A DNA stretch of 64,000 nt from NCBI GenBank assembly GCA_963714695.1, contig CAVQPQ010000003.1, forward strand, positions 616,866 through 680,865, in the 5' to 3' direction. A model generated the notes under the pieces. That model searched no databases. It saw only the letters and a program-made list of their open reading frames with translations, and was not told the DNA's origin. This document shows, one piece after another, positions 9,090 to 18,652 of the stretch. Every line of letters starts with the position of its first letter. The stretch's first letter is position 1. The translations under genes and the position numbers were made by a program. The stretch comes from an uncultured Verrucomicrobiae bacterium. Lineage in GTDB: Bacteria > Verrucomicrobiota > Verrucomicrobiia > Limisphaerales > UBA11358.

Positions 9090-9217
9090 TGGAACTGACA
9101 GATTCCTGGTTCAACCCTGTGGCGCAAGGCGTGTCGGTTTTTGTCTTGCGGCGCACCGGACGGATTTGACGTCAAGCCATCAAAGCGCAAGCGGAAGCGC
9201 GACGGTTTTTGACATGA

Positions 9218-10846
9218 TCAGTTTCCGGGGGTCTTCGCCCCGTCTGGGATTTTCGTGAAGCCAAAGGTTTTCTGCGCAGGTTCCGGTTTCGGAGCGCCCG
9301 GTTGATCCAGCACTTCCCGCACTTTGCGGGCGAGAGTCGCCGGCGTATAAGGTTTGGACAGGAACTCGGCTCCGGTCTCCAGCATTCCGTGATGCGCAAT
9401 GGTGGCGTCCGTGTATCCTGAAGTGAAGATGACTTTGATGCCGGGGTAGGTTGTTTTCAGCCACTCCGCCATCACTTTGCCGCCCATCAGCGGCATGATG
9501 ACATCGGTGACCACCAGACGAATCGGCGCTCCCTTGTGTTCCCGCGCAACGCGCAACGCATCCTGGCCGTTCGAGGCCGGCAGCACTTCATAACCCTGTG
9601 CGTTCAATGCCCGGCAAGTCAGATGCCTCAAGGGTGGCTCGTCTTCCACGACCAACAGCGTTTCGGTTCCGCGCGGAACCGGCCCGGCTTTGACAGGCTG
9701 CGCCGCGGCATCCAGCGGCTGCTCGACCCGCGGAAAATAAATCTTGAAGGTCGTGCCTCGGCCAATCTCGCTGTAAATGCCGATATGACCGCCGGATTGT
9801 TGGACGATGGTCTGGCAGGTCACCAGACCCAAACCGGTGCCCTTGCCCAATGGCTTCGTCGTGAAAAACGCCTGAAACAAGTGCGCTTTGACTCCCTCAG
9901 TCAAGCCGGTTCCCGTGTCACTGACACTGAGCATCACGTGGTCGCCGGGCATGGCGCCGGGGTGGGTGCGCGTGTAGTTTTCATCAAGCGTGACCTGGTT
10001 GGTGGCAATGGTGAGCTTGCCGCCGTTGGGCATGGCATCGCGGGCATTGACGACCAGATTCATCAGCACCTGCCCCACGTGCCCGGAGTCGGCCTTGATC
10101 CGTCCGGTTTGTTTGCCGGGAACAATCGTCATTTCGATGTTCTCGCCAATGAGCCGCCGCAGCATTTTGTCCAGGCCTTTCACCACGTTATTGAGGTCGA
10201 GCACGACGGGTTGCACCGTTTGTTTGCGGCCGAAGATAAGCAGTTGCTGCGTCAACCCGGCGGCACGCTCCGTGGCGTGCCGGATCTCCTCGGTATGTTC
10301 CCGCAGCGGGCTGTCCGGCCCAAGCCCGGACATGATCAAGCCGTTGTTCCCCATGATGACCCCGAGGATGTTGTTAAAGTCATGAGCCACGCCGGCGGCG
10401 AGCTGGCCGATCACTTCCATTTTTTGCGCGCTGATAAACTGCCCCTCCAGCCGTTTGTATTCGGCGCGCGTTTCGACTTCCAGCATGGCGCGGCGCACCG
10501 CCGGAGCGAGCCGGGCGAGGCATTCCTTCAGGACATAATCCGTCGCCCCGCTCTTGAGCGAATCAACGGCCCGTTCCTCGCCCAGCGTCCCGGACACCAT
10601 GATGACCGGCAGGTCCGGCCACCGGGCGCGCGCGATTTTCAACGCGGACAACCCGTCAAACGCGGGGAGCGTGAAATCCGAAAGGATCAGGTCCATGCCG
10701 CCGCGTTCGAGCGCCGCCACAAAACCATCGCGGCTTTGCACGCAGGTGGTCGCGCAAGTGATGCCATCGGCTTCCAGGGTGGCTTGAACGAGCGCGGCAT
10801 CGTTGGGATCGTCCTCCAGGTGCAGGATGTGGAGCGGGGATTTCAT
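9218..10846 (-). CDS. Hybrid histidine kinase (REC-HisKA-HATPase_c-REC)
   Basis: N-terminal receiver ILHLEDDPND...LILSDFTLPAFDG. H-box GVAHDFNNIL. ATPase segments DTGTGL and GLGL. C-terminal receiver LLVVEDEPP...VVTDVIMP. Confidence 0.9.
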   Translation of the reverse strand: MKSPLHILHLEDDPNDAALVQATLEADGITCATTCVQSRDGFVAALERGGMDLILSDFTLPAFDGLSALKIARARWPDLPVIMVSGTLGEERAVDSLKSGATDYVLKECLARLAPAVRRAMLEVETRAEYKRLEGQFISAQKMEVIGQLAAGVAHDFNNILGVIMGNNGLIMSGLGPDSPLREHTEEIRHATERAAGLTQQLLIFGRKQTVQPVVLDLNNVVKGLDKMLRRLIGENIEMTIVPGKQTGRIKADSGHVGQVLMNLVVNARDAMPNGGKLTIATNQVTLDENYTRTHPGAMPGDHVMLSVSDTGTGLTEGVKAHLFQAFFTTKPLGKGTGLGLVTCQTIVQQSGGHIGIYSEIGRGTTFKIYFPRVEQPLDAAAQPVKAGPVPRGTETLLVVEDEPPLRHLTCRALNAQGYEVLPASNGQDALRVAREHKGAPIRLVVTDVIMPLMGGKVMAEWLKTTYPGIKVIFTSGYTDATIAHHGMLETGAEFLSKPYTPATLARKVREVLDQPGAPKPEPAQKTFGFTKIPDGAKTPGN

Positions 10847-13254
10847 ATTTTAACCCCTTCCTTCGTTGCTTTGCCGCTTTGAACTCCGGGTTCCTCTCTC
10901 CAGGCGGGGGGCGGCGGTTCATCCAGCAATTCCCGCAATTTGCGCGCCAGCGCGGACGGCGTGAACGGCTTTTGCAGCAGCTTCACGCCCTGGTTCAACA
11001 CGCCTTGATGGACGATGGCATTCTCGGTGTAGGCGGAGGTGAAAAGAATCCGGATTTGCGGATATAACGCCCGCGCGCGGTCGGCCAGTTCCTTGCCGCT
11101 CATGTGCGGCATGACGACGTCGGTGAACAACAAATCAATGTGTCCGTTGTCGCGCTGTTGTTTCAGGCTCAAGGCTTCAATGCCATCGGCCGCCGCCAAA
11201 ACCGTGTAACCCAGCCGTCTTAACATGGTCGCCGCCATCTCACGCAAGGCGGGATCGTCCTCGACCAGCAGAATGGTTTCCGTCCCGCGCTGCAAATCAG
11301 GCGAGTCCAGACGCTGGAGGGGAATCTTCGGCGGCGGTTCAACCTGCGGCAGATAAATTTTGAAGGCGGTCCCCCGGCCAAACTCGCTATAGATGGTGAT
11401 GTGCCCGCCGCTTTGCTTGACGATGCCGTAACAGGTGGACAATCCCAAACCCGCGCCCTGGCCAACGCCCTTGGTGGAAAAAAACGGCTCGAACACGTGC
11501 GCTTTCACTTCCGCGCTCATCCCCGTGCCGGTGTCGGTGATCGCCAGCATCACGTAGTCGCCCGGTTTCAATTCCGGAGAACGGCCCACACTGTCCTGGC
11601 CGAACGAGACGTTCGCGGTTTCCAACGTGAGTTTGCCGCCGCCGGGCATGGCATCGCGCGCGTTGATGGCCAGGTTCATGATGACCTGTTCAATCTGTCC
11701 GGCATCCGCCCGCACCGCTTGCAGGCCGGGGGCCGGGACGATCCGCGTATCCACGTCCTCGCCCATGAGATGTTGAAACACGCCTTCCATGTCCGTGATG
11801 ACCTGGTTGAGATTGAGGGTTTCCGGTTGTAGAAATTGCTTGCGGCCATAGGCCAGGAGTTGCCGGGTGAGCATGGCGGCCCGGCCGGCGGCTTTGCTGA
11901 TTTCGGTCGCGTTATTGGCCAGCGGACTCTCTGCGGGAAGATCGTTGAGCAGAAATTCAGCGTGGCCGATGATGGTTGTCAGGATGCTGTTGAACTCGTG
12001 CGCGATGCCGCCCGCCAGTTTGCCGACGGTTTCCATTTTCTGGGATTGAAGCAACTGGGCTTCGATCCGTTTGCGCCCGGTGATGTCGCGGACGACCGCC
12101 TGGAGCACCGGCTGGCCATCCAGTTCCATGGCACTGAGCAGCACGTCGGCGGGGAAGGTCACGCCAGTGTCGGCCCGTTGGTGCATCCACTCGAAGTGGG
12201 CGCTGCCCTTTTCCAGCGCCGTGGCGATCCTCTGGATGGCCAGCGTTTGGGAATCCGTGCCGTCCGGCTGCGACGGCGGCGACACATCGGCGGGGTGCTT
12301 CGTGCAGAACTCCTCCCGGGTCGCGCAGCCGAACATCGCCAGGGTCGCCCGGTTGCAATCGAAAAAGCCCCTCTCATTCAGCAGCATCACCGCATCGCTG
12401 TTCGAATTGTAGAGCGTGCGGAACTTCGTCTCCGAGCGGCGCAGTTCTTCCTCGGTGCGTTTGCGCCCGGTTATTTCCGCTTGCAAGGCCTGGTTGGTTT
12501 TTTCCAGTTCCGCGGTGCGCTGCTGGATCCGTTGTTCCAACTGGTCATAGGACTGGCGCAGGGCTTCTTCCGCCCGCTCGCGCTCGGCAATTTCCCGGGT
12601 CACTCGAAAGATGACGTAACCGGCGATGGCGACCGCGATCAGCATGGCCAGGATTACCAGGCACAGCAGACGCCGTTGAGCCGCCGCCAAGTCGGCTTTG
12701 CTCTGCTTTATGCCCTGCTCGATCTTGTCAGCTTGACACTCGGCGAAGGCGTTCCAGGCGGCGTGATAAACAGCGATCCGTGGCAGAGTGACTTCCGCCA
12801 TCATTTTACGCGCCTCGTCGCGCTGGTGCTCGTCCACCAGCTTCGCCAGAGCTTGCAGATAGCTCTCGACATACGGTTTCCGGGCCGCCTCGATGGCGGC
12901 AAGCAGCCGCTTTTCCTCTTCCGTGTCGAGTCGCGGTTCGATGGCGCGAATCAACCCGGAGATGCGTTCGGTATTGGCGGCCCGCTGGACGAGCAGGCGG
13001 TTGATCTCGTCCGCATCGTCGAGCAAAAAGATCGAGAGCATAAGGCGGCTGTTCAGATTGGAGAGACGGAAGGCCTCGCGGACCATTTGTTCTTCGGACC
13101 AACGATCGAAGACGGCCTCCTGCATCTTTCGATCCAGTTGCCGCAAGTGGTGGACCCCCTGCCAGCCGACGACGAAGAGCGCCGCGGCCAGCAAACAAAA
13201 CGCCGTGACCAATCGAAGCCTGACATCGAAACGCTTCACGACTTTCCCTCCCAT
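10843..13254 (-). CDS. Membrane sensor hybrid histidine kinase (four-helix-bundle sensor, coiled coil, PAS, HisKA, HATPase_c, REC)
   Basis: 803 aa. Two TM segments flank a helical periplasmic region. PAS segment RTLYNSNSDAVMLL. H-box GIAHEFNSIL. C-terminal receiver LLVEDDPALRE...FTDVVMP. It overlaps the next gene by 4 nt. Confidence 0.9.
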   Translation of the reverse strand: MGGKVVKRFDVRLRLVTAFCLLAAALFVVGWQGVHHLRQLDRKMQEAVFDRWSEEQMVREAFRLSNLNSRLMLSIFLLDDADEINRLLVQRAANTERISGLIRAIEPRLDTEEEKRLLAAIEAARKPYVESYLQALAKLVDEHQRDEARKMMAEVTLPRIAVYHAAWNAFAECQADKIEQGIKQSKADLAAAQRRLLCLVILAMLIAVAIAGYVIFRVTREIAERERAEEALRQSYDQLEQRIQQRTAELEKTNQALQAEITGRKRTEEELRRSETKFRTLYNSNSDAVMLLNERGFFDCNRATLAMFGCATREEFCTKHPADVSPPSQPDGTDSQTLAIQRIATALEKGSAHFEWMHQRADTGVTFPADVLLSAMELDGQPVLQAVVRDITGRKRIEAQLLQSQKMETVGKLAGGIAHEFNSILTTIIGHAEFLLNDLPAESPLANNATEISKAAGRAAMLTRQLLAYGRKQFLQPETLNLNQVITDMEGVFQHLMGEDVDTRIVPAPGLQAVRADAGQIEQVIMNLAINARDAMPGGGKLTLETANVSFGQDSVGRSPELKPGDYVMLAITDTGTGMSAEVKAHVFEPFFSTKGVGQGAGLGLSTCYGIVKQSGGHITIYSEFGRGTAFKIYLPQVEPPPKIPLQRLDSPDLQRGTETILLVEDDPALREMAATMLRRLGYTVLAAADGIEALSLKQQRDNGHIDLLFTDVVMPHMSGKELADRARALYPQIRILFTSAYTENAIVHQGVLNQGVKLLQKPFTPSALARKLRELLDEPPPPAWREEPGVQSGKATKEGVKI

Positions 13255-13330
13255 TCGACGGAATCAGCCCGCCCGGCGGGTTCCCGGAAAGCAGTCCTGA
13301 GAATGTGGCGGCTGATCATACCCGGTTGTT

Positions 13331-14893
13331 TCATGAAGGCGCTGTTTCCGGCGTGGCATCCAGCATCTCGCGCACTTTGCGGGCCAGCGTTGCGGGCGCA
13401 TACGGCTTGGGCAGAAACGCAACTTCTGTTTCAAGCTTGCCGCGGCGGGTCATGGCGTCTTCCGTGTACCCGGACGTGAACAGAATTTTGAGATCGGGAT
13501 AAGTTGTTTTCAGCCATTCCGCCATCACCTTGCCGCCCATCACCGGCATGATGACATCGGTGACCGCCAGACGAATCGGCGCTCCCTTGTGTTCCCGCGC
13601 CACGCGCAACGCATCCTGGCCGTTGTTCGCGCGCAGGACGTGGTAGCCTTGCGCTTCCAACACATCCGCAACCAGATGACGCACGGAAGGCTCGTCTTCC
13701 ACGACCAGCAGCGTTTCCGTCCCGCGCGGAAGCGGCCCGGCGTTGATGGCCTGCGCCGCGGCACCCAAAGGCTGCTCGACCCGCGGAAAATAAACCTTGA
13801 AGGTCGTGCCTTTGCCCACCTCGCTGTAAACGCCAATGTGGCCGCCGGATTGTTGGACGATGGTCTGGCAGGTCGCCAGGCCCAAACCGGTGCCCTTGCC
13901 ACTGGGCTTCGTGGTGAAAAAGGCTTCAAACAAACGCGCTTTGACCTCCCCGGTCATGCCGGTTCCCGTGTCACTGACCGTTAGCATCGCGTAGTCGCCG
14001 GGCTTTGCGCCCGGGTGGGTGTCGCTTTCATCGAGCGTGACCTGGTTGGTGGCAATGGTGAGCTTGCCGCCGTTGGGCATGGCATCGCGGGCATTGACGA
14101 CCAGATTCATCAGCACCTGCCCCACGTACCCGAAGTCGGCCTTGATCCGTCCGGTTTGCCTGCCAGGAACAATCGTCATTTCGATGTTATCACCAATGAG
14201 CCGCCGCAACATTTTGTCCAGGTCTTTCACCGTGTCATTGAGGTCGAGCACAACGGGCTGCACTGTTTGTTTGCGGCTGAAGATGAGCAGTTGCTGCGTC
14301 AGCCCGGCGGCACGCTTCGACGCGTGCCGGATCTCCTCGGTATATTCCCGCAGCGGACCGTCCGGCCCAAGCCTGGACATGATCATGTCGCTGTAACCCA
14401 TGATGACCCCGAGGATGTTGTTGAAGTCATGGGCCACGCCGCTGGCGAGCTGGCCGACCACTTCCATTTTTTGCGCGCTGATAAACTGCCCCTCCAGCCG
14501 CCTGTGTTCGGCGCGCGTCTCGACTTCCTGCATGGCGCGGCGCACCGCGGGGACGAGACGTGAGAGATGTGTTTTCAGGACATAATCCGTCGCGCCGGTC
14601 TTGAGCGAATCAACGGCCCGCTCCTCGCCCAGCGTCCCGGACACCATGATGACCGGCAGGTCCGGCCACCCGGCATGGGCGATTTTCAACGCGGACAACC
14701 CGTCAAACGCGGGCAGCGTGAAATCCGAAAGAATCAGGTCAATGCCGCCGTGTTCGAGCGCCGCCACAAAATCATCGCGGCTTTGCACGCAGGTAATCGC
14801 GCAAGGGATGCCATCGGCTGCCAGGGTGGATTGAACGAGCGCGGCATCGTTGGGATCGTCCTCCAGGTGCAGGATGTGGAGTGGGAATTTCAT
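13331..14893 (-). CDS. Hybrid histidine kinase (REC-HisKA-HATPase_c-REC), close paralog of 9218-10846
   Basis: Colinear with 9218-10846 and identical at most residues by eye (MKFPLHILHLEDDPNDAALVQ...). Confidence 0.9.
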   Translation of the reverse strand: MKFPLHILHLEDDPNDAALVQSTLAADGIPCAITCVQSRDDFVAALEHGGIDLILSDFTLPAFDGLSALKIAHAGWPDLPVIMVSGTLGEERAVDSLKTGATDYVLKTHLSRLVPAVRRAMQEVETRAEHRRLEGQFISAQKMEVVGQLASGVAHDFNNILGVIMGYSDMIMSRLGPDGPLREYTEEIRHASKRAAGLTQQLLIFSRKQTVQPVVLDLNDTVKDLDKMLRRLIGDNIEMTIVPGRQTGRIKADFGYVGQVLMNLVVNARDAMPNGGKLTIATNQVTLDESDTHPGAKPGDYAMLTVSDTGTGMTGEVKARLFEAFFTTKPSGKGTGLGLATCQTIVQQSGGHIGVYSEVGKGTTFKVYFPRVEQPLGAAAQAINAGPLPRGTETLLVVEDEPSVRHLVADVLEAQGYHVLRANNGQDALRVAREHKGAPIRLAVTDVIMPVMGGKVMAEWLKTTYPDLKILFTSGYTEDAMTRRGKLETEVAFLPKPYAPATLARKVREMLDATPETAPS

Positions 14894-14939
14894 TTTTTCT
14901 CCTTGATGTTTTCAATGGGTGATGTGATGTGAAACAGGA

Positions 14940-15375
14940 CGCTTCGGGTGCACCCTGAAATCAGGGATGACGTCCGCCTTCACCATGAACCTCCTGGGAG
15001 CGCCGGCGTCCCGCCGGCCAGTCGGGAGCCGAAAACCGGAATTCGCCGGCGAGACGCCGGCGCTCCCAGGAACTGCGCCCTGAACCGGCGCTGGCACGTA
15101 GCGCCGACTTCCAAGTCTGCTGGATCGCGGGTTTCCAAACCCGCTGCTGGTGCAACGTCTGGTGCCTGCCGACTTGGAAGTCGGCGACCAGCCCCGAAAG
15201 TTTTCGGGGTACACAGGTTTGGAAACCCGCGCTACAAGAGGTTCATGGTGAGGGCGGGCGTAAACACCAACTCCACTGATCCGGAACCATGCAGTCGAGG
15301 CGGCCGAACAACACGCATGGGACAGGCGTCGCGCCTGTCCTGCTGCATCATTCCGGCTGATAGCGTCGAGGAAGC
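14940..15375. repeat. Cluster of REP-like palindromic elements of at least two families
   Basis: Hairpin 14993-15071: cctgggagcgccggcgtc...gacgccggcgctcccagg. A second family (gccgacttccaagtc / gacttggaagtcggc and gggtttccaaaccc / ggtttggaaaccc) follows at 15100-15235. Confidence 0.75.
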
Positions 15376-15882
15376 TCATTTTTCAACCTCTTCCTTCGTT
15401 GCTTTGCCGCTTTGAACTTCGGTTTCTTCTTCCAAGGCGATGGGCGGTTCATTGATGGCCGCCCAAAAAATGCCGAGCAGTTTGACCGCTTTCATGAACT
15501 CGGCGAAATCCACGGGCTTCACCACGTAGGCGTTGACCCCGTGCCGGTAACACTCGGCCACGTCCGGCGTTTCGCGCGAGGATGAAAGCACGACCACGGG
15601 CAGGATCTTCAATTGCTTGTCGGCCTTGATAATCTTCAATACTTCCAGCCCGCTGACCTTGGGCAGCTTGAGATCCAGCAGCACCAGGACGGGAAGGCTG
15701 GCCGCGCGGGTTTTGAATTTCCTCCGGCAATAAAGATAATCCAGCGCCTCCGCGCCGTCGTGGACAACCGCGACCGTGTTGGCCAGATTATGCTCCGCCA
15801 GCGCGGCCAGCGTCAGTTCCACGTCCTGTGGATCGTCTTCGACCAGCAGGATTTTTTTGATGCACAATATTTCAGTGTTCAT
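15376..15882 (-). CDS. Single-domain response regulator (Rcp1-like receiver)
   Basis: KILLVEDDPQDVELT...VLLDLKLPKVSGLEVLK...NAYVVKPVDF. Confidence 0.85.
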   Translation of the reverse strand: MNTEILCIKKILLVEDDPQDVELTLAALAEHNLANTVAVVHDGAEALDYLYCRRKFKTRAASLPVLVLLDLKLPKVSGLEVLKIIKADKQLKILPVVVLSSSRETPDVAECYRHGVNAYVVKPVDFAEFMKAVKLLGIFWAAINEPPIALEEETEVQSGKATKEEVEK

Positions 15883-15933
15883 TCAGACCTCCGTTTTTGA
15901 GTCGGGCGCAAATTGAGGACACTACCGCCATTT

Positions 15934-16050
15934 TCCACCCTCTCCGCCAACGAAGTTGGGGGAGAGGGACGGGGAGAGGTGGTGCGTTTAAATTCAAATC
16001 CCCTCACCCCGACCCTCTCCCCGCTCGGGCGGGGAGAGGGAGTTGGGAGT
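15934..16050. repeat. GGGGAGAGGG / CCCTCTCCCC hairpin repeat element
   Basis: caccctctccgcc...ggggagaggg...accctctccccgctcgggcggggagaggg. It belongs to the same family as 63150-63362. Confidence 0.6.
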
Positions 16051-16181
16051 GTCAAGCTGCGCCGCTTCAATGCTGACAACTCAGTTGATTTCAGGACCGA
16101 TTTGGCATTGGCACGGTGAAGCGGTCCCGCAGGGCGGGACCGCGCTCCGCCGTCATTGGTGAAATGGATTTCAATATTCAT

Positions 16182-17822
16182 TCATGCCTCGATGGGTTGT
16201 TTGGGGATGGAAAAGTAAAACGTCGCGCCGCCGTCCACCACGCCTTCCGCCCAGGTCCGGCCGCCGTGCCGGTGAATGATGCGCTGGACGTTCGCCAGGC
16301 CGATGCCCGTGCCCTCAAACTGGTCCTGGCTGTGCAGGCGTTGGAACACGCCGAACAGTTTCCCGGCATATTGCGGATCGAAACCCACGCCGTTGTCGCG
16401 GATGAAGAAAACCGGGGTGTTGGAGTCCTGGAGTTTTGGCGTATTGGAATTTTGGGTTGAAGCCACCGCTCCAGTACTGCACTTCTCCATTGCTCCAATC
16501 TCAATCTTTGCCCCGGCGCGGGCGCCCTCCGGGGCGTAGGCCTCTCCTGGCCGGAGGCCGGTGAACTTCACCGCATTGGAAATCAGATTGACCAGCGCCA
16601 TTCGCAGCAGGGCGCGGTCGGCCCGCACCGCCGGCAGCGGATGGATATTCCACGTGATATTCCGCCCTTTTGTCTCCGCCTTGAAATCGCCCAGGGTCTC
16701 CCGGACCAGTTCGTCGAGATGAATTTCCGTCTTGTGCAATGCCGCCCGCCCGACGCGCGAGAAATCCAGCAGGTCGTCAATCAAATCCCCCATCCGTTTG
16801 GCCGACTGGGAAATAATTGTCAGGTGCCGGAGACTTTCTTCTGAAAGCGCCGGCCCGGCGTCTTTTTGCAGCAGGTCCACGAAGCCCATGACATGGCGCA
16901 GCGGCGCGCGCAAATCGTGGGAGACGGAATAACTGAACGCCTCCAATTCCTCATTGGCGGCTTGCAGTTGCGCCGTGCGTTCGACAACCCGCCGCTCCAG
17001 TTCCGCATTAAGAACGCGGACTTGTCCCTCCGCCTGTTTGCGCTCCGTGATGTCACGCGCCACTTTCGATGCGCCGATGACTTTGCCGCTGGCATCCTTG
17101 ATCGGTGATGCCGTGACCGAGACATCAATCAGCCGTCCGTCCTTGGTTTGCCGCCGCGTCTCAAAGTGCTCCACACTTTCGCCGCGCTTGATCTTCTCCA
17201 GAATTTGATTTTCCTCATCGTGCCGGTCGGCGGGAATCAGCCGCAGGATGGAAGCCCCCAGCATCTCGCTGGCGGCATGGCCAAAAATCTTTTCCGCGCC
17301 TTTATTCCAACTGTTGATGATGCCTTTCAGGTCTTTGCCGATGATGGCGTCGTCCGAAAACTCGACGATGGCCGCCATCCGGATTGAAACGGTTTCCGCC
17401 AGCTTGCGCACCGTGATGTCACGAATGTTGCATTGAATTACTTTTTTGTTGCCGGCTTGATAGACGTTGCTGACAAACTCCACGGCAATCTTGCGGCCAT
17501 CCTTCGTTTCCAGCGGCAGGTCTTCATAGCGCACATACCTGTCCCGTTGGAGCCGCTCCAGCATGGCTTGATTGGACACAATGTCCTTGAACGGACTCAG
17601 CTCGCCGACGGTTTTGCCAACCATTTCACCGCGGGAAAATCCCAATAGCTTGACCAGGAAAGGGTTCACGTCGTTGATGCGCCCCGTGTCAACGTCCAAA
17701 ATCAGGATGCCATCCCTCGCCGCTTCAAACAGCCGGCGATAACTGAGTTCGGAGGCGCGGAGCGCCCGCTCCATTCGCGCCTCGTTACCGATTATGTTCT
17801 CGTTATGATGATCCTCCTTCAC
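16182..17822 (-). CDS. PAS/PAC sensor histidine kinase (2 PAS domains, HisKA, HATPase_c carrying an insertion)
   Basis: GTG start. PAS segments SYRRLFEAARDGILILD and AIVEFSDDAIIGKD. H-box SVSHDLRAPL. ATPase GTGIGLANV. Confidence 0.9.
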   Translation of the reverse strand: MKEDHHNENIIGNEARMERALRASELSYRRLFEAARDGILILDVDTGRINDVNPFLVKLLGFSRGEMVGKTVGELSPFKDIVSNQAMLERLQRDRYVRYEDLPLETKDGRKIAVEFVSNVYQAGNKKVIQCNIRDITVRKLAETVSIRMAAIVEFSDDAIIGKDLKGIINSWNKGAEKIFGHAASEMLGASILRLIPADRHDEENQILEKIKRGESVEHFETRRQTKDGRLIDVSVTASPIKDASGKVIGASKVARDITERKQAEGQVRVLNAELERRVVERTAQLQAANEELEAFSYSVSHDLRAPLRHVMGFVDLLQKDAGPALSEESLRHLTIISQSAKRMGDLIDDLLDFSRVGRAALHKTEIHLDELVRETLGDFKAETKGRNITWNIHPLPAVRADRALLRMALVNLISNAVKFTGLRPGEAYAPEGARAGAKIEIGAMEKCSTGAVASTQNSNTPKLQDSNTPVFFIRDNGVGFDPQYAGKLFGVFQRLHSQDQFEGTGIGLANVQRIIHRHGGRTWAEGVVDGGATFYFSIPKQPIEA

Positions 17823-17902
17823 AGTCCCGCTCCATCATGAGTTTTGGCTTACAAACTTTTTCGTGAGTTTCGGCCAGGATAATACGCCGGGAAGCTGGCG
17901 GG

Positions 17903-17927
17903 CGATATGGGGTGTTTACCCCATGCC
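17903..17927 (-). promoter_or_regulatory. Upstream motif copy 5 (palindromic form)
   Basis: cgatatggggtgtttaccccatgcc, 81 nt upstream of the start at 17822. Confidence 0.6.
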
Positions 17928-18094
17928 CAATTTGACGAATCCAGCCCCGGGTTCGATTACGAGAACGAGGACGACGACGAGGACGAAGACCCTGGACCGA
18001 TGCTCAACTGGACGCTCCCACCGTAGCGGCGCCCGGTGGGTTCTGGAAAACTCATGGTGTGGCTTGGTTGTATTTTGTTTTGTCAGGCCCGAAG

Positions 18095-18652
18095 TCATTC
18101 CGGCGGATGGTTTCCCGGCGCGCGTGCCCAGGCCGGTTGTTTCGCAAATGGGGCAATCAAGTTCCGGATGGAGTCAATGGGGTCATCAAGTTTCGGATAG
18201 AGCTTGTGGAAGCACTCGGGACAAATGCCGTGGGAGAAGGTGGCCTCGGAATGGCTCGCAATGTACGCCTCGACTTGCTTCCAATAACCCCGGTCATCCC
18301 GGATTTTTTTGCAGTTGGCACAAATCGGCAACAGGCCGCTCAACTGTTTCACCCGGGCCAGGGCCATTTGCAGTTCCGAGATCAAACGCTCCAGCTCGAT
18401 CTGATGGACTTCCAATTCGTGGACGTGCCGCGCCGTGTCGGCTGCGGATTGCGGAGTTTGTTGTTGCGCTTGGAGCCAATCTTCGGCGTGGCGGCGCAGT
18501 TCCCGCCCCGGGTTTATCGAAGGGTCGGCGTTGTTCGCGGGCCGGTCCGGTTTCTTTTTCATGGCTTGGCTTGTTTTTGTGGCGGCGGCCATCCTTGGCT
18601 GCCGTATCATCCGGCTTCCAGCCGGGTGTTTATGCAAGAGGCATTCTTTCAT
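18095..18652 (-). CDS. Coiled-coil protein with a C-terminal Cys-rich CxxC...H...CxxC module
   Basis: LLPICANCKKIRDDRGYWKQVEAYIASHSEATFSHGICPECFHKLY. An ATG at 18652 overlaps the kinase stop codon as ATGA. Alternative starts lie at 18658, 18610 and 18562. Confidence 0.6.
   Translation of the reverse strand: MKECLLHKHPAGSRMIRQPRMAAATKTSQAMKKKPDRPANNADPSINPGRELRRHAEDWLQAQQQTPQSAADTARHVHELEVHQIELERLISELQMALARVKQLSGLLPICANCKKIRDDRGYWKQVEAYIASHSEATFSHGICPECFHKLYPKLDDPIDSIRNLIAPFAKQPAWARAPGNHPPE

Noticed and set aside
9536-10882. 448-aa plus-strand ORF
   Set aside because: It is antisense to a well-supported hybrid kinase. Its composition is R/G/P/H-rich with no motifs, typical of a GC-rich shadow ORF.
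11836-13479. 547-aa plus-strand ORF
   Set aside because: It is antisense to the 803-aa sensor kinase and shows the same shadow-ORF composition.
14912-15379. 155-aa minus-strand ORF with an ATGA overlap to the receiver gene
   Set aside because: It consists almost entirely of translated REP-like palindromes (PGSAGVSPA, TSKSAG, GFGNPR strings). It is treated as a repeat cluster, not a gene.
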